DNA of 64,000 nt from Macrostomum lignano (lineage: Eukaryota). The notes beneath the pieces were generated by a model, which saw only the letters and a list, made by a program, of their open reading frames with translations, was not told the origin of the DNA and searched no databases. Location of the stretch: NCBI GenBank assembly GCA_002269645.1, contig NIVC01001115.1, positions 63,403 to 127,402 on the forward strand, in the 5' to 3' direction. Shown here piece after piece: positions 11,504 to 25,067 of this stretch. Made by a program: the position numbers and the translations under genes. Within the stretch, counting starts at the first letter, position 1. Each line of letters opens with the position of its first letter.

Positions 11504-12448
11504 AAAAAAATTTGAGACCTTCATCTAGCTGCCACTCACTTTAAACGGCAAGAGCACGAATTAGCCATCATTTTTTGTAACTTGTTTCCAAATTTTTAAA
11601 TTGGTCTTGCTTTTCATTTTGAATAATTTTCTTTGAAGTTAATCTCCTTAATCAGTTTCTAATTCGGCTTTATTTTAATCAGTACAAACGTGAAGTTTTT
11701 CGACGAAGAAACAGAAAAATTTTCTTCGCCTGTAAATTTTAAATTAAAAATCTGACAAACATTCTCTGTTGTCTACTCAAAGTGTTTTCTAAACGATTTC
11801 AGTTAAATTTCGTGTTATGGGATGAAATTTTAATCGAATAAAAAATTGACATTGTACGCTCGTAAAATGAAATCCGTTTGTTTTTGATGTATTGCACGGA
11901 GTTTTAATTCTAAAAGAAATCACCGCTTACGCTCGTCACTTTGTTTTTCCTATCATTATTCCATTATTCCACGCTGTGGTAATAAAATTAGCTAAATTTA
12001 ATGCATATAAACGCAAACCAAGTTTACAAAGACACTGGATTCAGCAGCTTTTGAGTCAGTAGCTATACCAATGTATTGTATTTTATTGGTATTGGTTTAG
12101 ATTTCGTATTTTAGACAAAACATTTGCAACGCCAGATCCTTGCAAAAATATTGATAAGAACTGTAAGAGCTGGTTTCTGTCGAGTTTCGCATGCTTGACG
12201 TTCCATACATACTGCTATGCCAACTTTGCGCTGCAACTTTTCTACCTATAATATGAGATCTTGACAAAAAATTTGCTTGTGTTTTCACAGGCGTTATCTC
12301 TGATTAAAGGGATTTTTTGCCTAGCCTAGAGCAACGTGTAAATAACTTCATATAATTATTGCAATAAAAGACGCACTATTGCTTTTTATTGTAGCAGTTA
12401 AACCGAAATAATTATTGATCTAAGCACGTTTCCGTGAGAAGAAGGTCG

Positions 12449-15400
12449 CTACCAGAATACGCACTTCTTGCTTGGATTCATTGGCTGGTTCGGTTGGCAC
12501 TGGAAGACTCTGGCAAAGTCGAGGCTGTTCTCCATCATGCCTCGGATCCGGATGTGCGGTGGACTGTGCCTAGAGGTCCTGAACTTCCGGAGGAGCACCT
12601 CTGGCTCGGCCTTGGTGCAGTAGGCCTGAGCAGCTTGGACGAAGAACAACCGATCCGGAGTGAGGCTGACTGGCAGGTTCGGAAGCCGCAGCGAGGTTCG
12701 GTCGCCGTTCAAGCGCCTCCGCATCTGCATGGCGGCAAACGCAGACTGAATGCCCATCAGGTCAGAGATGTCGTTGCTGAGAGTTAGCTTCGAGTTGTGC
12801 GGTATGCCTGGCAGGAATTCGTAGCCGCTGTAGCGTTCAGAAACGCAGCGCATCCACAGCCAGGAAGACGGTAGAATCCTCGGAATTTTCCGGCGCAAAT
12901 CAGCAATTTGCCGGCGCACGGCGCACACTTCACTGCGCCGCGCGCATGGGCTCGGCGCATCGGCGCATGGCTCGGTGCATCGGTGCATGGCTCGGCGCAT
13001 GGCGCACAAGGTACGTCAGTGTACGTGACAATATAATAATGAATAATAAAAAAACGTATATTAAATGTCAATCAATCAATAAAATAAACGATAGTCGATA
13101 CGATAGTCGTTATTTCCAATGTTGTTTCTATTTCAAATTTCATTAATCGACTTAACAAACTTAACAAATTTGCGCCTTTCGCGGCTTTTGTTGCGTCTTT
13201 TTGCTTATATTTTGCAAATAGAAGCCATGATTGAACTGCTTGAACTTCCATTGATATTGATTCAATTTAGATACTTAATACTTGATGGTGCTTTTTCAAG
13301 TGTATTTTTCTCGGCGCATGGCGGGGTCGTTCTCAAAGCTAGGTCACAACTTTTTGTTATTGCAAAAAAAGTTTATACATCGACCAATAATCGTACAAAA
13401 AAAATTATTTCGACAATTTCTGTAAGAAGCTGCTACTAAAACCACAAGAAAACTTGAAATTGAGAAGAAATCAAGGCTATTTGTTATTCTTTGTTGCGGA
13501 AAATAAACGACAAAAATATTAAAGAGAAAATAATATTTTCTTCTATTTTTATTTTAAATATGCAGTTAAATTTCTTTTGCAAAAATAAAAGAACAAGAAA
13601 TTGACAAAGGAAATGTTTTTGAGCACAGCATTTTGTTACTCTGCTCTAAATCCCAGACATTTAAAATTATCGTGTGCGAAGTGCGAAATTATTATAGCAT
13701 GCACTCGAAAGGACTTCGATCAGTTTAACTAATCACTGAATTAAGAAGTCTAAATAAGTCTTGAAAGGTTGAATTAAAAATCAAGTTTTCACTATGTATC
13801 TTTTCAAAGTCAAGATGATTCGACAAATAAAGAATGTTCATTTTTACGGTGAATAGAATTGTTCATTTTTACATTAAATATAATAAAATCTAACTAATAA
13901 TAGAAAAAGTCAGGGAACTATCCTTGAACACCAGCAAGCACATTGTGGATTTAATATCAACTGCATGTTCCTTAATAAAGGAATTCGGATTCTAGTATAT
14001 ATTTGATTATTTGTAGCATAATTTCTGAAAACTATAACTTGCTTGATTTTACTTTAAGTACTTATTACATTAATACTTATACCAAAGCTACATGTACTTA
14101 AAATAAAAAATTATAGTTACTTATTAGACATTTTACTCCAATTAACTTAAAATAATTCAAATTTATTTTAATTAATTCATTTTTTGAAACTTTTTGGAAA
14201 ATAGACAAAATTGAATTATTTAATTACCAAAAACCTACTAGCTTAACTAAAATAGCAATTAGTCTTTAAGAAAAGATTTCACTTGTTAATTGAGAAAAAT
14301 GAGGATGTGCGAGGTGTAAAAATGCGAAAGAGCATGCAGGAAACAGAGACAAACAAAAATGTAGGTAAAAGACACTGCACATGCACATAATATGATAACC
14401 AGACATAATGCGCACACTGAAACACCAGTAGCAATGACGCCCAAGCTTTTGATGATCACAAGCGAAAAGGCAAAACCCAGCCATCAATCAAAGAAGTAGA
14501 CTTTAGCACGCATCTTGAGTGCATCACACATTTTTTGCAGAGAAGCTCGAAAATTAACATTGTATTCTGTGCACAACCACCAACTGCGACAGGGTCTGCC
14601 GGGGGATTTGTGGGCACGCGGTCGCGGATACAAATCGGAGGAGTCGCTGACCATTCTGAAATTACTAGCTAGTACATGTAATTTTGTGTAATAATATATT
14701 TAGCCCGCTTTATTTCTATGCTCTCGTCCGCCTCTCGTTAATGCATCCCCAGACTCTTGCAATAATCAAACTTATGATCGACCTATGCATGGCTTCCGTC
14801 CCTCGCTTTGAATCTCTCACCTCCCCATAGTTCCATCAACCTTACCTTAGTGGCTTCCTATGCAAAAATCATCCCTCCGCATCTTACACAGGCTACTTCA
14901 GGCTGTAGACTGTACTACACTTTTACTTCAGTAATTAGTTGCGCTATAAGGAATCTACATGTATTTTGCTCGCAGCGCAGCGCGCTGCTCAAAGAAGTTT
15001 AGTTCTATCTAGATATTCTAGTAATTTCAGGTTTGTCCATAGACTAGAGCTCATGAGATGAGAATTCCATTAACTAGTACATTTAATATGAATGAACTGC
15101 GTGTGTGTGTGCTGTGCATACATATGTATAATATACGAGTAGTTTATGGGCCAAATTATTGTGTGGCACAATTCTTGGCATCACTCAGCAGGCACAAGAT
15201 GCAGTTAAGCAGCGCACGAAAATTCTACAAAAGAAATTGAGCCTGGTTGAGGTGATGCGAGGAGGCAGATCCACACAATCTCAGTGAATACACCAGACTG
15301 CACCAGATACGAGTCCAGTCGAATGTGCGCACTGGTCTAAGCAGCACACGCATGTCCTTCTGACAATGACGGCACCTAGCTTCGTCCAAGCCTTTGCCAG

Positions 15401-18400
15401 CGTCACTGACAGCGTCAATACTACCATGCAGTGCCACCTGCAGCACCGACAACGGCAATTCCTCCAGTTAGCCCACAACAGTGGCTAAACTGAGGGACAG
15501 GGAACCTACCCACAGAAGACACACACATACACACACAGCACCGGCAGCAGCACTCTGACAGCATAACCTGAAGCTCCATGAGCTCAGTTTTCAAGCATTG
15601 AAGAAGCAGAAGCAGTCATCTTGGATCCAGGGATCAGGAAGAGTGTTGCATGTCCGACATGTGCTGTTTCCGTGGCAAAAGGTGATGGAGCAAATTAATC
15701 AACACTTACTATCTAGCTCGTATTAAGACTAAAAAACTGAGGCAAGCTGGGATTAAACCAAAGAAAATTTTTTACTATACTTTTTTACCATACTTTTACT
15801 ATACTTCTATAGTATAGTAGAGAGGTACTCTATTTAAATGCAGTAAGAAGTGAAACAAATTTATATATTTAATTATTAAATTAAATTAATTCAAGGTAAA
15901 TAACTAATTTAACCAATTTATTAGGAGTATTTATTATTATAATAAATTGATTTTTATACCTTACACGAAATAAGCTCTACATTCATTTCTTAGCTTGGGG
16001 CCCATCTGTATAAGGTCAGTTTCTTCAAAATGCTGATTAATTAATTAAGGCCTGTTGTCTTTACTTAAATTTATAAGGGCATCTTAGAAGTTAATATTAC
16101 TATATAATACATGTATAATATTATTACTATATTATAATAATATAGTTGCAATTTTAATGACTATTGAATAAGTTTAAATGCTTCCCCTATTGACTTTAAA
16201 TATATGGTATCTTTCCCTTCAGAAAAAATTAGCATAGAATGACTTGATGAAAACAAAAAAAATCATTTCGAGATACACATTTGCTGATCATTCAGGTCAA
16301 ATTTCAAGGTCCAGTTTTGCACATGTTTCTCTGTAGCTTGGTTACAAGGATTTTAATAAAAATATAATAAATATGTCCAATGAACTAACTGATACATAGC
16401 CAAATTGAAGTATTTTCAAAAACAAAAAAAATCATTTGCTCAGTTTACTTTACTGAATATCTTTATAAAATTTCAGCTCAAAAGGTGCTCCATGGAGAAT
16501 GCTAGTGTGGTTACAGGATATTTATTTTGTGCTTCAAAGTAGGAGTTTATTGCGATGCATGGTTGCTTTTAATTATTTTTATCAACAATAGTGCTCTATT
16601 TCATAACAATTTTTTACAAAAAGATAATAAGACATGTTTTTCTAATTATCTGCATCAAAATGTATCATTTTAAGCACGCATTCTAGACGTCAGCCGAAAA
16701 ATACATTTTGTGAGACGCAAAGAGGCTATCCCACCGGAAATGCTAGGCGTACAGTTAAGCGTCTATAAAATTATTTGTAGTGCAGTTTATTGAGCTTTAA
16801 AAAATTCTTAAATTAAATTTATATAAGCTTTCATTTTAAATGTAATATAGCTAGGTTTCAACACAACAACAACTTTTTTTAGCTACAGACATCTTGTAGT
16901 ATCAAAAATTAACATCGGTGAAATGATTGAATTTGAATTTTTTCATCGCTAATTATCGCTTAATACCGCCAGATGATTAAAAACACTTTTGTATGATAAA
17001 TTTCAACCCAAAAATTATCTTTATTGACAGATAAAAGTGTCCTATTATTTTCAATATGGCAGTAACAATAGTAAATGTTCGGAAAATTGTTAAAATTTTT
17101 GCTCCTCCTAGAATTTGCGAACGACCCGGCGCACAAGTAATTTTTTTTTCTCGGCGCACGCGGCGCACAGCAAAAATTTTGATGGATGTTATTCCGGCGC
17201 ACACGCTGCACCTTCCTGACCATGGCAGCGCATTCGCTCAACGTAACCAGCTTCCGTGACATTGTCCCAGAAGTGGCCACGCGCGCCCTGCTTATTCAGC
17301 CTGTGGCCGAGCTTGTCAAAGCCGTGCCCGATCTCGTGGCCGATCACTACGCCAATGCCGCCCAGGTTGAAGTGGTCAGGATAGCTGCGGTGATAGAGAA
17401 ACGGAGCCAGAATGCCCATCGGGAAGATGATCTGGTTGCTGGTAGCTCGGCTGAACGCATTGACTATGAGACCGCTGAACAAGCGAAAGAAGCTTGCCGA
17501 ATTGTCACCACCGCGCGACAGCAGATTATTGAGCCTCCCAGCGTGGGCGCACAGCGATAGCGCAACTGTGGCACCGAAGGTTTTGGAATTGTTGCTCACC
17601 CGAAGCGATCGAATGGTTGACGAGTAAAATTCCTTTATTTGATCAGCTGGTACCGCATTGAATCCAATCTCCTGACGCATCGCCAGCACCTTGTCAACAA
17701 TTGAGTCCTTGGCGTTCTGTGTGATCCATTCCTGCTTGAGTACATTTTCGATTGTGGCGTTCTGAACCAATTCAACAAGACTGCGTACGTCGTCGAAATA
17801 CTCAGAATGGTAGGCCTGCTGATACATCCGCTCGATCACCGGTCCGAGCACAACCTTTGTCAGCTGCATGCACGAGCTAATCGGGTCTTCATTTAGTTCC
17901 ATCACATCGGAGGATGCTCTGTGCTGGCTCAACCACTTGACTCGCAAGTCAGCCGGTAAATACTTAGCAAAGCTAAGCAACCAGTTCAGTATCAGAAATG
18001 AAAAATGCGGAGAATATTGACTATCAACTATGAATGTTCGCGTCTTGAAGTAAGTCACCGTGTCAATGACGTTGCCAGCGTAGGCGAGGACGCTCATCCG
18101 ACCGGCTCTGATTTGGATTGGCGTCTCGGGAGAGACACTACCGTCAAGGACGCCGTCAAAAAATGACGACCACGAGAAGGGATCTTTGGGAGAAGCGCAC
18201 TTGCTTAAGCCGTCCAACTGGCTTACAGTCACATCCATGCCACCATTTTCCAGAATTTCCTCAGCGACACTGCAATTGGCCCATCTGTGCTTGATTTCCT
18301 CTTCCGGCACGTCCTCCTCGAGAGTAAAATTGGCCTTCAGCTCGTCCAAAATGCTTGAAAATATCTGAGCACTCTGAAAACTCAGCACAGACGCCGATGG

Positions 18401-19192
18401 CACTGTCCAGAAGAATTTTAAGTAGTCATTGAAGCTGACATCCTCTGAGTAGCGGTACAAGTTTACGGTTAGACGAACTTTGCTGCCGTTGCGCTCGGTG
18501 GCTCTGCTCGAACCACCGGGGTTGAAATAGGGCGAGCTGAACGCGGAACCCACCTCGATCAGTTGCCACACACCCAGCCGAACCATTTTGGCCAGCGCTG
18601 TTTCAAACGAGGCATTGCTCTCTTGGCGATTGATATCGTCGAAAAGGTGAGCCAACAGGCCGTCGAAGAAGTCCTTCGACGCTTCGCGACCGCTGTTGGG
18701 ATCTTTGAAGAGTTTGCCGCGCCGCCTGACCCAGATGCTGCAGCTGCTGAACAGGTCCCTGGCCAAATCGTACATCAGATTCACGTCCGGGTCGGAGCTG
18801 TTCACTCGTTGGCGAGCGTACAGCAGCTCGAACACGCGCCTGTCCATCTGGCTGCGGATTGACTCGACCCCAGAGTGCATGGCGCTGGGCTCGTCGGTGT
18901 ACTCAGACCAAGTCACGGTGCCGGGGTCGTACAGGCTGCTGGCAGCGTAGTTGCCGCAGGCGAAGGCGTTGAAGTCTTCGCAGGGATCGGCAGACAGGTT
19001 CATGTGGCGGGTGAGTTGGGCGGCCAAGGACAGGCATGCAGGCGTCTGGCAGGCGGCTGGCTGGGTGTCATCGGCGAGGGCAGTCGTGGTGAAATTTTTC
19101 GCCAAATCGGCTGAGACGCCAGTCGTACCGAGCAAGGCAAAGAGCAACAATAAGCGAGGCAGCGCCATCTTTGACAGCACCATTTTGATCAT
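12449..19192 (-). CDS. Neprilysin-like M13 metallopeptidase with N-terminal signal peptide, interrupted by a transposon. Segments 19192-17226 and 12845-12449, ~787 aa when rejoined
   Basis: Motifs CQTPAC..., DPCEDF..FACG, VNAFS, GIGVVIGHEIGHGFD, TLSNDISD, LFF...AQAYC, HSP and C-terminal MNPSKKCVFW. Removing 12854-17225 plus one TSD copy gives the in-frame join ERMRC-VSERY. Confidence 0.9.
12854..17225. mobile_element. 4.37-kb DNA transposon, probably hAT-like and non-autonomous
   Basis: 8-bp TSD CAGCGCAT at 12846-12853 and 17226-17233. Imperfect TIRs CCACAGCCAGGAAG / CCATGGTCAGGAAG (11/14). Clusters of GGCGCA motifs lie in both subterminal regions. No intact transposase ORF. Confidence 0.8.
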
Positions 19193-19774
19193 TAGATAAA
19201 ACGAATGGAATGCTTTATAAGGTTGATCCGAAATAGTTAAGCATCTTCAATCGAGGCCCTACTAAATGCATTGAATTTCTGACGCGCAAACCAACGGGAC
19301 CGGAAGCTGGTTAACAGATTTTTTGACAAATTTTTAAACAAAGCAAAGTTTAGCGAACAGATTTATGCAGTAGCTATTTGATTTTTGTCGAAAATTCGTT
19401 CGGTGATATACAAAGTGAAAGATTTCGCATAAAATTATAAACAAGTGTTTTGTTTTCTGGATGATACTGTATTACCGTTGCAATTACAAGTATTCTTTGC
19501 GTCTCAAAACCATCAGTTGTATTGGCATTGGCTAAAGTTATTCGTACTTTTGTATTAATATAGAAATTACGCAGCTACTCAGCAACAAGTATTTTCAACT
19601 GAATTCTGGACGCAGATGCCAGATGGAAACCAAAATAAACCTTGAATCTAAAACAGAGAGACAAATACTCGTAGGTGAAAATGAGAATACCTGGGGGGGG
19701 GGGTTAAACGCATCTGACTCTGACAACCCCTGCTTCGATGGCTTAAAGGGGTTTTTGTAAGATTCACAACCATG

Positions 19775-19915
19775 AGGGCCTGACGATTAGAAAGTCAGGG
19801 CCGCTGTTCACCCTGTGTGAGCGTGTGTATGAGTACAGTATTGGAGCACTTGTCTGTGCTCAGGAGCCGGCGGAATGAGCAGAATTGCCACCAGTGCTGG
19901 TTGTGAGACGATGCT
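19775..19915 (+). mobile_element. 5'-truncated copy of the SINE-like repeat at 2037
   Basis: Shared AGGGCCGCT..CTGTGTGAG..GTGCTCAGG..CGGCGGAATG segment. Confidence 0.55.
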
Positions 19916-20037
19916 AATCATTATTTAGAGGAAATCACACCCAGAAAAATTCCCTATTAATAAAATATCAACCAAATTTTGAGCAGAGACCAATCTGCGA
20001 TGGGGATCGAATCTCAAAATAGAACCCGAGAGGGCAA

Positions 20038-22301
20038 CTAGGGGCCCGCAGACTGAGTGTCAACCCGCCCTTTCGCCAAATAAGTCCTGAACGCGGAGTC
20101 GGTGCCGTGCAGGCGGTCCAGCACGCCCAGCACGCCGTAATTGCCGACAAACTTCAGATGATGATAGTCGTGAAAGTCTGGCGACGGCAGCAGCGGCAGC
20201 CGATAGCCGGAATGGTGGATCACAGTGGTGGCTACACTGATGGAAAGCCAGACGCACTCGGTTGCTAGGCAACAGTTGAGCAGCAGAGGACCGGCCAGAA
20301 CGGGCAGCAGGTTCGATAGCAGAAACTCGACAGGGTGGGCGTACATGGCAACGGCGGCTACGGGCGCCTGCCACTCGTGGTGCAGCTTGTGCACCCGCTT
20401 GTACAGGCTGGGCGAGTGGAGCCAGCGGTGGCAATAGTAGAACAGAACTTCGGTGACTGCCGAACAGCCGGCCAGCTCAAGGGGCAGCCGAATCAAGCTG
20501 GGCGCCGCGAACAGCTGCTCAGTGGATAGCGGCTTCAGCTGGTACAGCAGGGCAGAGACGGGCAGGCCCAGGAACAGCTGGTTGCCAAGTGCGTAGGACA
20601 TTGCTTTTAGTAGGCGACTCTTGTCTACCTGAAATAGAGAAACAACAGCTTGTATGTGGTCACCAAGGACCTCTGTAGCATATAACAGGACGTACGCTCG
20701 TAAAACTCAACGATCGTGCAATTTTAAAGGCTGATTTCTTCGAAAAAATCAACATGTTATTTTGTTATATTTTACTTTGAAGTATATAGTTGTGCAGTGA
20801 AAGTTTCAGTTTCATATGAAAGATGCAACTACTCACAAGTGGCATTAGCCTAATTTTTTTAATTCCTTCTTGAAATAGATATATTTGTAATAGAAATGTT
20901 GCGTGCAGGTAAACTTAAGCCATTATTGTAGGCATAGTTTCATTTCAATTTTTTAAATCACAATAGTTCGCACATACATACACAGCATTCAACTTAGAGC
21001 CTTCTCACTTAACTTTCACTACACAACTACAAAAAGTGTAAATAAAAAGTGTATCTTTTTGCCAAGAAATTCGGCTCCAAAAATATAACAAAATCTTTTA
21101 TTTCAACGTCCTACTATATAGTACAAGTACAGGAAATCGCTAAATGTGACAATCGGTAAAGTTATTCAGCTAGACGGCGATACAATGGAGGAAGCTGTTA
21201 GGTTGGCATTTGCATTGGTGGGGTGCATTCGCCCAGCTGCTGGGTGGTCTGTGGGTGCATTTGCGTTGCAAATTGCTTTAGAACATATTATAGAACTCAG
21301 TAGGTCATCCCAGATTCACCACAGCAAGTGCTGCAGGCGAATACCAACTGATCGAATACTACTAAATCTGAAAGTAGTCTCTGTACACACGCTTTTCGTG
21401 GCCCTTTCGTGTTAGAAGCGCTCGGGAAATTGTGACACAAATGCAGCAGCCCTTGCCCCCCCCCCAGCCGCCGTTTGCAAAACTCTTGAAGTGGCCACAC
21501 AGGTCCTGGGACAGGTCAGAACTGGTCCGCCCAGCCAGCGCTGTGAAAAAAGGCAAATTAGCGAATTTTGAGAGAATAGCGTACTCAGAGGTTTTGCTTA
21601 CTGGGGCATTCTGGCCAGGTTGAACTTTGAACTGAGCCAACCACCTGGGCACCTGGAACAGGTCCGCTATGCCGAACAATATTGCTAACAGCCAGTAGAT
21701 GCCAATGGACGATGCAGAGGTCCACGCCAAGTAGGTCAACAGGCCGCCTCTGCTACTGCTGTCATATTGGAATGCCATTGTGTCGCAGTAGTCTGACTGG
21801 AACACCAGAAAAGTCTTAAGAATTGACCAATAGTGAAAACTTAGCCAAACAGCCTTACATACAGTCAGTTCTAGTTCTTCCAATCTTATCTCGTCGAACT
21901 GAGTGAGCAATTGGAAAATATTTTTGTTAAAAGTTTGTTCACTGCAAAAAGCAGGCCCTGTCAAATACGTTCTGCGGAGCGGTGCAGTCAATCCAGTGCT
22001 ATAAATAGCTACAGCACACGCATGAGTAAATTTTTTTTGCTCAACGTGTTTTTGCCACCCGTAAAGACAGGCGCAGGGGCAGAGAGAGGAAGACAGACTA
22101 TCGAGATTAGATGCAAATAGAAAGGCGCAGGCACGAAACTCGTAGACTTGGAAAGAGAGAAAAGAGAAGGAAAATGCACAATACATCAATGAGATTCTTC
22201 GTTTAAAGGCGCATTTGAAAATAGAAAATACTTCACAGCCTAAACAGTTTTACCAAACCACTGCACCGGGGCAGGTGCGGCTCCGCCTCACTCCAGTCCA
22301 T
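20038..22301 (-). CDS. Fatty-acid hydroxylase/sterol desaturase family protein (FAXDC2-like). Exons 21796-21602 and 20628-20038, plus a possible first exon 22301-22254
   Basis: His boxes HRWLH, HKLHH, HHSGY and HDYHH. Donor CCA|GTAAGC (21601) and acceptor TTTCAG|GTAGAC (20629) are phase 0. The first exon is tentative; the alternative start is the ATG at 21778. Confidence 0.85.
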
Positions 22302-22398
22302 CTAAATTTCGCAAGCGAAACGCAACAGGAAACTGAGAACGAGACCAAAAAACAACAAATTCTTGCGCTCCGTAAGCCTCGTGTAAGATTTCATTGAG

Positions 22399-25067
22399 AT
22401 GCTTCGCTACAGTGGCGGCGGCGGCGGCGCCAATCTGGAGGCTTCGTCGACGTCTACGCGGAACAGCCGCACCTCGTCGTCTTTTATGAACTTCAAATGC
22501 TGCGCTGTGGGCGACGCGGGCGTTGGCAAGACGTCCATGCTGATGGCCTACTGCGTGGAAGGCTGGCAGCCGAACAGAGGCTTCATTCCGGGCATCTATG
22601 TGCCTAACAGGTGCGTTCCAAGGCTTGAGCATCTGATTGGGAGAATTGCTGAGATGTCAAGGCTTACGGGGGGAATTGCTGAGATGTCAGGGCTTACAGG
22701 AAGGAATTTCTGAGATGTCAAGGCTTTCGGGGGGAATTGATGAGATGTCAAGGCTTACGGGGGGAATTGCTGAGATGTCAAGGCTTACAGGAAGGAATTG
22801 CTGAGATGTCAAGGCTTTCGGGGGAATTGCTGAGATTTCAAGGCTTTCGGGGGGAATTGCTGAGATTTCAAGGCTTTCGGGGGAATTGCTGAGATGTCAA
22901 GGCTTACGGGGGGAATTGCTGAGATGTCAAGGCTTACAGGAAGGAATTGCTGAGATGTCAAGGCTTTCGGGGGGAATTGCTGAGATGTCAAGGCTTACGG
23001 GGGGAATTGCTGAGATGTCAAGGCTTACAGGAAGGAATTGCTGAGATGTCAAGGCTTTCGGGGGGAATTGCTGAGATGTCAAGGCTTTCGGGGGGAATTG
23101 CTGAGATGTCAAGGCTTACGGGGGGAATTGCTGAGATGTCAAGGCTTACAGGAAGGAATTGCTGAGTTGTCAAGGCTGAGAAGTCAGAAGCTACATGTAG
23201 TTTATTCAAGAATATTTGTTCCATTTTCTTTATTGGCTCCCCAATGCTTCGTTATTCGTTCTCCATCCGTAGAACAAAGAAAAAAACATAAAACTCAGAG
23301 CACCAGAAATGTTTTGCCTTGCAATCTCCGCTGGTTATCGATCTCCCCGATGGTTAATGCAATGTGCATTGTAACATTGTGCAAGCAAGCCAATAGGCTA
23401 CGCATGTTCATATTCAATCCAGAATTAAAGTGCACCCGTCACAGTTTAGATTATCAAAGCATTAACTAGCGTGCGAAACAATGATGACTGCGAGACCAAT
23501 GATCCCCTACGAGAATAGGACCTGCCCAAAGTGCCATGTGGGGTTAATCTCTGACGCAAGATTTTGCATACGTGTTAACTCCGCAATGCATCAGCATCCC
23601 AAAAACTCTTAGTCAGGTGAAAAAGCTAATTTAAAGCTGACGCCAATCGCAAAGACTGTCATTTCATCGTGCTCAAGGATCGCGAAGTAGTCAACAAGCG
23701 AGCCTCTTCTTGTCAAGAGATTCTTAGAAATTCAGAGATCTTTAAGTTTATTTGAATTTACTGCAGTGACAACCCAGGGACTACTAAAACTAGAAACTGG
23801 CCAAATCATGCAGAAAATAATCGGAGGATGGTTTTTTCTCGTGCTTCCTAAAATTTATCATTGAACGTAGAAAACTGGTCTTTTCACCATCCTGCACCTT
23901 TTGTACAGCTCATCAGAAATTACTCCAGGAGATCAGTAGCCCGATTTACTACAGCGAATCTGTTTCTGAAATGAATATTTCGGTTTCACTTAGAATTCTG
24001 GAAACGGGCCTGAGAGAGCAGCGCAGCTTAGAACCTCCCACCCCACCCCCAGGAGATCGCGCGCCGAGTTCAGATCGCAAAAGCATCTCAGGAATTCCTT
24101 TTTTCGGATCTCCGAGCAAAGTTTCCAAAGCACTTCCCAATCTCCGGGGGAGAGTGGAAGACCCGGAGATCAGTAGTATAAATACCGGCAACGAAGATCT
24201 GGGTGTGGCTCAACGAGGATCTGGGAGGCTGGCGGAGGCCCTGCCTGATGATCCAACTCGAGAAATTCATAACACGTACCGCCGCCGCTCCTTGACAGAC
24301 CGTTCATCGTTCCCAGCGGGGACAGCGGCACCTGCATCACCCTGACAATCAAGGACACGCGCGGGGCGCCAGAAGCCGAAGAGCTGCGCGCCTACGACTG
24401 CACCGGCGCCGACTGCCTGCTAGTCTGCTTCTCCGTGGTGGACAAGGAGTCCTACAACAGCGTGGAGTCGCACTGGCTGCCGTTCATGGCGCGCACGTGC
24501 CCAGACGCTGCTCTGCTCTTAGTTGGAACAAAGACCGACCTGCGAAAGCAGCCACAGGACGCCAGCGCGAAGCTGTCGGCGGTAGTTGACGAAGAGGTCG
24601 GTAGCCGAAATTCTGCTAAGCGAATCAGCGAAACAGAGATTAGCAGCAAGATGGGAGCCAAGTTGGCTAAGAAGATTCGAGCTTATCAGTACCTGGAGTG
24701 CTCAAGTATGGATAAGGTAAATGGGAGTGAGATTTCACCTTGTTCCCCTTCTATGACTCATTTTATGTCTCTTCTTTAGCGCCATGCTGTCTCATTTAGC
24801 GCCATGCTGTTTCTAATTTGGCGCCATGCTGTCTCTAATTTAGCGCCATTTCTTTCATTTGGTGCCACGCTCTCCCTTAGCGACATGCTCTCTTGGCACT
24901 CCCCAACCCAACCCTTGGCATTCAAGGACTCCCTGGAGACCGTATTCACCACAGCGATTCGCACATTCACCGAGAACCCGACAGCAGACCAGGCAGGCTG
25001 CAATTCGGCAACAACGAAGGACAAAATGGATTCGTCAGGTGGCGGCAAAAAGTGTTTAATCTCCTGA
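22399..25067 (+). CDS. Atypical Rho-family small GTPase. Exons 22399-22610, 24299-24716 and 24927-25067
   Basis: G1 GDAGVGKT, LVCFSVVD.ES, G4 TKTD, YLECS and CAAX CLIS. All GT-AG junctions join in frame. Confidence 0.88.
22636..23178. repeat. 30-bp minisatellite in Rho intron 1 (GAATTGCTGAGATGTCAAGGCTT(T/A)C(G/A)GG..)
   Basis: About 18 tandem units starting ~25 nt after the donor. Confidence 0.95.
24775..24850. repeat. Short tandem repeat (TT(A/G)GCGCCATGCTGT) in Rho intron 2
   Basis: Three to four copies. Confidence 0.75.

Noticed and set aside
12854-17225. Ordinary spliceosomal intron in neprilysin
   Set aside because: The boundaries are not GT-AG; a direct repeat and inverted termini identify a transposon instead.
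23971-24345. 124-aa ORF upstream of Rho exon 2
   Set aside because: It lies in intron 1, is out of frame with the GTPase and has no domain signature.
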